DNA of 64,000 nt from assembly GCF_006345805.1 (NCBI RefSeq), contig NC_043008.1, forward strand, positions 43,028,001-43,092,000, written 5' to 3'. This document shows, piece by piece, positions 54,885-64,000 of the stretch. The translations under genes were made by a program, and so were the position numbers. How positions within the stretch are numbered: the first letter of the stretch is position 1; every line of letters starts with the position of its first letter. Below the pieces are notes generated by a model. The model was given only the letters and a program-made list of their open reading frames with translations. It did no database searches and was not told the DNA's origin. This DNA comes from Octopus sinensis. Lineage: Eukaryota.

Positions 54885-55549
54885 GAAAAAATGTGAACAA
54901 AAACCAATTCCAATATTTCAGGCTCGCTGAGTTCAAATTCCTTTGAATTCACCTGTTCATTTCCACCTTCCAATGTAAATATAGTACCAGTGCTCAACTG
55001 GGGTTAGTTCTCTTGTAATCTGGAAAAAAGAAACGGTTGTGATCAAACCTAGTGTTCGACTGGTGGATTTCGCCAGGTTTAAAGATGCCTGAAGCACACT
55101 GTGTGGCACCGTGTGGCACCCTACGACTCTATCAAGAGTTGGGAGTCGAAAGTGAGTACGAATGATGGCGGGGATGAGGATGGGGTAGTGAATACTGATG
55201 CTGTTGATGTCGTTGTTTAAGCCCAGGTCAGCCCTGATCAGACAAACCCATATTAAAAGCCATCCTAGACTTAGTCATCCATTTTAAAAGTGAATTAGCT
55301 AAAGTGTCTTTTCATCGGAGGAAAGAGTGTGATTTGAGGAACATTCAGCTTCTATTTCTAGCAGTTCCAGAAATCACGTAGAATGCACTTGCTCCCCTAT
55401 TGACCAGCGATTGTGTTTGAGTAGTGTTGTCGTCTTATATGCTTGTGTGTTTTTATATACGTATAAGTATGTATATGCGTGTACTTTCGATCGCCTGGGT
55501 GTAAGGTTGTACATAGGCATATATGTATGTGCTTGTATATTATATATAT

Positions 55550-55589
<40 letters not shown>

Positions 55590-55982
55590 CGTCTGTGTCT
55601 GTGTATTTGATTTAGTGTCGGCGCGTGTATTTATGTGTATTTGTGTATTCGGGTATCAGTGTATGCAGGTCTGCACATACGATTCTATAGACTTAACTAT
55701 CAGTTCCATTTCAAAAGTATATCAAAAATCAAACCAAACCCTCCTTCTTTCTGCGAGTGCTTATATCTACTCCCACCCCATATTACGCCACCCCCTGTCC
55801 CACTTCTATTCCTCTTTGTCGATCAATCACCCTCCATGTCTTACGTCCCATCCGCTCTCTCTTTCTTTCTTTATTTTCTTTACCCTCTCTCCCTCCACCC
55901 TCGCAGTGTCTATATCAATAAATACCACAACACCAAACTCCATGTTAAATGTCAACAATTGACCACCACCACCACCGCCACC

Positions 55983-56016
<34 letters not shown>

Positions 56017-56155
56017 TACTGAAAACTGCGGGTTTTGTGACTTTCTACTTAATGTTTTATTGGTTTTCTGCTTTGTGTGGTTGTTGTTGTTATTGACCAA
56101 CAATAAAACCAGAAGCAGAAGTATTCTTCTTCTTCTTATTGTTGTTGTTACTATA

Positions 56156-56302
<147 letters not shown>

Positions 56303-56641
56303 TAGTAGTTGTAGTAGTAGCAGTAGTAGTAACTGAAATAGTGTTAGTAGTGAATCGTCATGTCAACCCGTAGCGGTTAATATAGAAATGCATTCTTCTT
56401 CTTATTGTTATTATTACTACAACGACTCTTAGTAGTAGTAGTAGTACTAGTAGTTGTTGTTGTTGTTGCAGTTGTAGTCGTAATGTTATTGGTAACAGCA
56501 ATTGTTATTGCCGTCGCCATCTCTGCTTTTGTCGACGCCATCTTCGTTATTGTTGTTGACTCCGTTAAACCTCTCTCCCATTATCTTCCATTGTACAACG
56601 CTCGTCTCTGTACTTCACACATCACACACACACATTCATAC

Positions 56642-56676
<35 letters not shown>

Positions 56677-57312
56677 CATGCATGTATGTATGTATGTATG
56701 TATGTTTGTATGTGCGTGTATATATAAATATATATATATTCTTTACAACAATGAACATTGAAATGGCGGCTTATGTCATTTTTTTCAGCTTCTCTGTGCT
56801 CTGAGTGTATGTTTCTCTGCGCTAATATGTGAGCGTATGTATGTATATATATATATTGTGTGTGTATATATGTATGTATATCTGTGTGTATATGTTTGTG
56901 TTTTGTTTAGCTTTCCAATAAACAGCTAATCACGTCCATATTTACATACCGACTCTTCTACACAAAAGACAATTCATATTAGCTTTTTTTCTAACCTCAT
57001 CTCTTTGCATTTATCTAGTTTTTTTCTTCTTGTCTTCTTCACTCCCATTTACTTCCTCTCTTTCTCTCCACTCAACTCCTTCTTTCTCCCCTCCCTCTCT
57101 TTCTCTCTCATTCTGTTTCACACCAGCTCTCCCTCTCTTACTTATTCTGTTCTCTCCTCGCACTTGCTCTCCCAACTCTCTATTTCTCTCTCGATTTAAC
57201 ATTCCCTCTATTTCTATCACTCTTTCTCTTTCTCTCTGTTATAGTGACTTTTAGAATGACAGCAACGGTACTACAGCAGCAGCAGTAGCAGCAGTATTAC
57301 CAGCAGTTATGA

Positions 57313-57375
<63 letters not shown>

Positions 57376-57377
<2 letters not shown>

Positions 57378-57441
57378 GTTTCAAAGTTTGGCACAAGGCT
57401 AGCAAGTTCTGGGGAGGGGTAAGTAGATTACATCGACCCCA
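57376..57441 (-). mobile_element. 3' fragment of a Meta-like SINE abutting the CR1 fragment
   Basis: GGCACAAGGCTAGCAAGTTCTGGGGAGGGGTAAGTAGATTACATCGACCCCA. Confidence 0.65.
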
Positions 57442-58384
57442 ATGAGTTGTTATTGTTGGAGACATACCCGGGTGCAGGAGGTTGGTCCGGCATTTTTTGA
57501 AGAAATTTGTCCAGTGAACTTTTGAATTTTATGGGATCCGTTTCCGTGTTGACATATTTTGGTATGGTACTAAAGACAGCTGGAGCAGTTGAGGTAAAGT
57601 AATTGTGATGTAACGTTTCTATATGTACCGAGTTTGATTTTTGTAGTGGGTGGATAGCTCGGGGTCCAAGTCTTGGGTGGATTTTTAAAATGTTGCTAAC
57701 ATCATTTGTGCAATATCGATGGAATAATTTCCACATCACACAAATGATGTAGCGCTCCCAGCGGCGTTGGAGAGAATAGAGATTGATATTTTCCAGTCGA
57801 TCCCAATAGTCAATGCCTGTCATGCCGTCTATCTTTCTTGTTATTGACCTCTGGAGTGCTTCCACTTTCATAATGAGTTACTTCGTATGGGGGGGGGGGG
57901 GACACTGGTCAACAGTATTCAAGGTGGGGTCGAGCAAAAGTAGAGTAGAGAAGGATGATGGTGTGGGCGTCTCTAGAATTGAAAGTTCTCAGAATCCAGG
58001 AGCACATCTTAACGGCCAAGACGACCTTGCTGTTTACGTGGTCACTCCAGCTTAAATTGTTATCAACAATTACTCCAAGGTCTCTACAAAGTGGATCAAA
58101 TTAAACTTCATTCAAGATCATATTGTTCTCTTCCGCCCATTGGACAACAACAAACAGATCCGACTAAAGCCATGTTCGGTCTCCCATTCCGTGTATGGCC
58201 TTCTGAAGTTTGGAATTATCTGCAAAGATTTTAAAGATTTTCAATGTAGAATGTTTGATGACGTTTGATGTAGATAATGAAGAGGAGTGGGCCCAACAGA
58301 GTACTTTGTGGTACAACACCACTACTGATTTTGGCTGTCCTTGATCGGATTCCCTCAAACACAACATGTTAGGAAACATTTCCT
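57442..58384 (-). mobile_element. Decayed CR1-clade LINE ORF2 (RT core to C-terminus)
   Basis: VVPQSTLLGPLLFIIY, KIFADNSKL, and the 147-aa ORF KVEALQRSITRKIDGMTGIDYWDRLENINLYSLQRRWERY...FKSSLDKFLQKMPDQP. Confidence 0.9.
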
Positions 58385-58391
58385 CCAATTC

Positions 58392-58423
<32 letters not shown>

Positions 58424-58431
58424 TATATATA

Positions 58432-58742
58432 TGCATATATAAATATACGTATATAAACGTATATGTACGTATATATAAATAAATACACGTATACACACAC
58501 ACTTACGCACACACTCACACACACACACATATATATATATGTATATATATGCACATACACACCACACACACGCATATTTATGTTTATAATTTCGTAATGT
58601 CGAATGTACCGATCACAAGCGAGTTGATACATTAGTGGAGAAAAGGTGAAGAAATCAATATTTTTATTATTTTGGAGGAGTGCTACATACATACACTCAC
58701 GCACACACACCCACACATACTTATATATACATACTATATATA

Positions 58743-58789
<47 letters not shown>

Positions 58790-59091
58790 TATATAAATAT
58801 ACGTATATAAACGTATATGTACGTATATATAAATAAATACACGTATACACACACACTTACGCACACACTCACACACACACACACATATATATATATGTAT
58901 ATATATGCACATACACACCACACACACGCATATTTATGTTTATAATTTCGTAAATGTCGAATGTACCGATCACAAGCGAGTTGATACATTAGTGGAGAAA
59001 AGGTGAAGAAATCAATATTTTTATTATTTTGGAGGAGTGCTACATACATACACTCACGCACACACACCCACACATACTTATATATACATAC
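58432..59091. repeat. Near-identical tandem duplication, period ~354 bp
   Basis: 58432-58734 vs 58786-59091, separated and flanked by (TA)n; the differences I could see are repeat-length or 1-bp indels. Confidence 0.92.
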
Positions 59092-59535
59092 TATATATAT
59101 ATATATATATATATATAATGTATATGTGTGTGTGTGTGTATCCTTTCCTTATAAATGCTTCCTGTACTCACGCATATACACACACACACCACTCACACAC
59201 ATACATACACACATGCATTCATACGCCATACGTGTGTTGGCTGAATGAGAAGAACACGAAATCTTTTATGTGGCGTGGATCGCAGAAGTTCTACTGAAGC
59301 ATCGAGACATTACGTAAGGTGATCTGCCAAAGATTCCCCAAAGAAGAACTCGGTTATGTCTTCAATACGCTGCCAACTGTAATTCTTCAAATACCAATAA
59401 GTATATTCAACTGGTGGCGCGTTGCAGTCGTTTTGTCTTTGAGCGATATCGTGTTGTATCAGAGACATCATGTTATATCGTATGAGGATACGAATATGGT
59501 GAGAGGATAGTGTGATATCATGCTTTATTGATATC

Positions 59536-59574
<39 letters not shown>

Positions 59575-59937
59575 CATTATTATCATTATTATTATTATTA
59601 TTATCTGTAATGCTAGTTCTTTATGTTTTTATCTTCGTGTACGATCTGAAGTATTTTGATAAAGTATTGAATTGTTTAGGATTCGTAGTTATTTCTTTGT
59701 TTTTTTATCTTTTTTATCTCACCTTTCATATGCATCCATCCATCCATCCATCCATCCATCCATGCATGCACACACAGATAGATACATAAATACACACATG
59801 CATGCTTACATGCATACATACATATATATATATACATGCATAAATACATACATGCATACATGCATACATGCTTACATGCATACATACCTATATACATACA
59901 TACATACTTGCATATATAGACACATACATATATACAT

Positions 59938-59968
<31 letters not shown>

Positions 59969-60118
59969 CATGCATAAATACATACATGCATACATGCATA
60001 CATACATATATATATATGCATTTATACATGCATAAATACATTACATATATGCATACATGCGTACATACATGCATTCGTACACACATACACACACAACACC
60101 TCATATCTACATACATAT

Positions 60119-60168
<50 letters not shown>

Positions 60169-60502
60169 TATATATACATCTATATTTGTATAGGTTTGTT
60201 TATACAAAGACACACGCACACACATTTATATACTTATATTTATGTGCATATGTGTGTATTCATATAAGCATTATACATAGATATACATACTCAATGATAC
60301 ACGCGCCAGGTGCTTATATACACATATATAAACCACTGCAAAGAGGGATTGTTGAAGGAATGGTTTCTCCAAAAGTTTACATCATTCAAAAGATTCTTTT
60401 GCTCCTCTGACATATCACACACAGGTCTACTGACTGTCACGCCACCTATCGTCTGCTGCGATGCAAACGCCAAACTACAGTTGTCGCACGTCTCTGCTAT
60501 CA

Positions 60503-60533
<31 letters not shown>

Positions 60534-61296
60534 TTTGTGTATCTATCTATCTATCTATCGATCGATCGATCGGTCGGTCTTTATCTATGTGAACATGCAC
60601 ACACGCACGTACACACACGTGCACACGCATATTCACACGCACACACATAAACAGAGGGAAAGAATGAGATGAGAGATTCACACATGCGCTTGTATATGTT
60701 TACAGGTACGTAATTAAGGTACAAAAAAATAAAAAAACACGTTGTTTGTGAAGGTTAAATCTTTGTAGGAATACGTATGACTTAGTCTCGCAGATCCAAA
60801 TCTGTACTTTTTAACTCATCACATAAATAAAATTTATGCTTGAATTAAATAGACAGACGGTTAGCTGTATAATAGATAGATAGATTGATAGACAGATTAC
60901 TCGACTGATCGCTATGTAGACAGATATATATAGATGTGTAGGTAGGTGGATGGACAGAGAGATGTACTAAATAAGTCGTAACATGTTACTTAATATTTCG
61001 GAATATTTCATTATCATATGTTGAAGTGTTTGACATCGCGAAATCTTGCTGCAAAAATAATATTCTTTTGATTATAATTCTAAAATTGTCAGGAAGCAAT
61101 AAGGTTATAACATGCTTGAGTCAAGGTGAGTGTTTCTATACAATCACATCACTTGTTAGAAATAGCGGCTAATTCCTCCTCAAATCACTTCATACTTTCG
61201 TTTGAAAAGAAAACATAAGATTTTTGGAGACCCTTCTAAAAAGACTAGCTTGCCCTGATTAGAGTGTCTTTGATAATAGGTAGGTTCGGTCTCGAC

Positions 61297-61484
61297 CAGT
61301 GGTTCTCAAACTTTTGAATATCCGGGGGCCAGACCCAAAACCTAGATTTGTTTTTAGGGGCCTGCTCCACAAGAATTAAAACGCAAGTCGATTAATGAAA
61401 AATGATTATATTTATAGAGAGAAGACCGTTGAGGGCTGCAGGAAGTGTTTGAGTGCTCCGAGGAGCCACAGTTGAGAACCGCTG
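61297..61484. mobile_element. hAT-type MITE (188 bp)
   Basis: TIRs CAGTGGTTCTCAA and TTGAGAACCGCTG; decayed 8-bp TSD GTCTCGAC/GTCAACAC. Confidence 0.8.
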
Positions 61485-62344
61485 GTCAACACTGACCAAT
61501 GGTTACACAACAATAGCAACATTACAACGACCATGTTGACTCGTTCTCCAAATCTAGACTTTACAGAATGTGTTATAATTAGCTTCAAACTGATTAAATA
61601 ATTAGTATTATTAATTAGCATTGTCGCAGACATAAGCTAATTAGTATTCAGATGTAATTAATTTCAAAGAACCGAAGAAAATATTTCGCAGAAATGAATA
61701 TATTTAATATTTATAACGACAGAAAACAAATTCAATTATATAGTTTACCGTATACATAAGTCATGTGACAGGAAGTTCACCAGTAGATGAGTGACGTAGC
61801 ATGACTGGAAAAAAATTATACTGAGCCATTGACAGGAAAAACATGTTGAATAATGTTGTTTTAGATGCACTATGTTTGTTTGAATTGGCGAACCGCTCAG
61901 TCACAGAAATAGAGACGAACCGGAAAGAAGACACCGCATCAGTTACACACATATGCATGCCATACATGCATACATGTACCCATGTATATATATATATATA
62001 CACGCACATACATGCATACATATATAGATACATACATGCATACACACATATTCCTTCAGCAACCAAATTATACGCCAATTGGTGCTAATAGCTTGATGAC
62101 ATTTTTGAGCACTTGTGACTTACTCAGAAATGTGATAAATTCAACCATTTTGTGTGGTGCCATTTGTAGACTTCACTTTCCCTTTGGTTTCATTAGACAT
62201 TTTGTAGCTATCTCCTGTTCTTCGTCTGTCAAAGCATATTCTTCGAAATGTGACGTGCTATAACAGTCATGAGTATATGCAGGTATGTATGTATGAATAT
62301 ATATATATATATATATATATATGTGTACATACACACACACACAC

Positions 62345-62417
<73 letters not shown>

Positions 62418-62421
62418 CTGT

Positions 62422-62469
<48 letters not shown>

Positions 62470-62489
62470 TTATATATCTAAACGCATAT

Positions 62490-62790
62490 AAGCCTGCTGG
62501 TGAAATTGACGTACAAGTGACTGAGCACTCCACAGACACGTGTACCTTTAACGTTGTTCTCGGGGAGATTCAGCGTGGCACAGAGGTGTGACAAGGCTGT
62601 CCCTTTGAAATACAGGTAAAACAGAGACAAGAAGAATGTTGTGGTGAAAGAGTACAGCAGGGACCCCTCGTGGATCTTTAGGTGTTTTCGTTCAATAAAC
62701 TCTCACAATGCCATGTCTGGGAATCGAAACCGCGATCCGCGATCCTACGTCGGTAAGTCCGCTGCTCTAACCAGTGAGCCATTGCGCTTC
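62490..62790 (-). mobile_element. tRNA-derived SINE with a different head but the 3' body of the 9151/54572 family
   Basis: Head TGGCTCACTGGTTAGAGCAGCGG...GGTTTCGATTCCC; body CCTGTATTTCAAAGGG...CTTGTCACAC...GTGTCTGTGGAGTGCTCAG shared. Confidence 0.8.
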
Positions 62791-64000
62791 CACACACACA
62801 CACATACACACATACACACACACACACACACACATACACATATATATATATATATAGCATTAGCATTTTGACAACTGCTCTTATAGAATTTACATATACC
62901 CGAGAAAGAAGACTAGATCCACATTATCATTGATGAGGAAAGATATCTTATGTAGCTACTTGGCAAAGTGAATTCGTGAGAAATATCTCTTTTAAATTAT
63001 CTTATCCAAGCAAGCACGAAAAATAAAAATAAATCCTACGAAAGGATGAAAGATGCTCAAAAATATATTTAAGCAGGTTCTGCTTTGTTATGTAATTTAT
63101 ATTCTACAGGATGGCTTCCAGCTAAATATACAATATACATGTTATTACCCAATTCATTTATGATGTTTGATTAAATAGACATAGAAAATAGATTAAATTA
63201 TAAACAAAACTCAACTGGAATTATTTTTTATATCCTGACTTTATTTTCCTAATTTATGAATGTTTTACTAATATTTAATGTTTGTTCGTGCAAAACATGG
63301 AATTACGCAGAATATGGGATTTGACTATGCAAGTGTAAAGGAATTCACATTCTCGTAGGGCTTTGAACTCTTTTTATTTTCAGTGATGTCCGCACCCCCA
63401 TCTCTTTCCCATCCTACTTCCTAAAATTGACATCTTGAAATGTCATCCAGCCCTTGTGAGAAAATGTGTTTATTTATAAATATGTTGATAGGTATATAAT
63501 GAAAAGGGAAAGAGAAGGAAGAGAAAAAAGAAAAGAGAAAAGAGAATTGAAGGGTTCTTTGATAACCTCCTGCTGTGAAGCTCTTTACCTTCTTACACTC
63601 GAAAGGGGCTGGGCCGTCTCCAGATGTCCTTTTCTGGACACTTTTAGCCACTTGGATATTAAAAACTTGTACATTCAAACCGCATACATACATACAACCA
63701 CACACACACATATATATAGAGAGAAACACATATACTATATATTTAAATATATGTATGCATGTATGTATTTATGTGTTCACATATATAGACACGCTCACAA
63801 TTTTATTGTAACTCTGAAATATTTAATTGAAGATATGCAGACAAAATGGCCGATTAGTTTAACGGGAAATCTTTTTTCCCTTCTCCATGATATAACATTT
63901 AAACAGAAGTGTTTATTTGAAGTAATGTCATTTCCTATGGATTCCATCCTCTTTCATTACACAACCACTTGTCACTATTCTACCAAACCGCTTTTTAATC

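Overview
AT-rich eukaryotic DNA, dense in microsatellites and probably intronic or intergenic. The SINE, Penelope-like and LINE repertoire and the (TA)n/(CA)n/(TATC)n/(ATT)n load suggest a coleoid cephalopod such as Octopus; this is an inference, not checked against any database. I found no host protein-coding gene. Almost all entries in the ORF track are microsatellite read-throughs. The only recognisable coding remnants are from transposons: a mariner transposase and the ORF2 ends of RTE, R4/Dong, Tx1/L1 and CR1/Jockey-group LINEs. There is one 100-N scaffold gap at 41166-41265. The most notable signals are: (1) an intact, canonical type I hammerhead ribozyme (minus strand, 10987-11049) inside a 222-bp, highly structured, ORF-less element embedded in (TA)n, which is a retrozyme-like candidate; (2) several degenerate or variant-core hammerheads in Penelope-like remnants; (3) head-to-tail SINE multimers at three loci that share one fixed palindromic junction and carry a Tx1-like 3' tail; (4) a Tx1-like LINE associated with (TATC)n at both copies; (5) an internally inverted mariner with 88-bp terminal inverted repeats; (6) a near-perfect palindrome with 88-bp arms; and (7) a single-strand cluster of TGATAA(AC) motifs.
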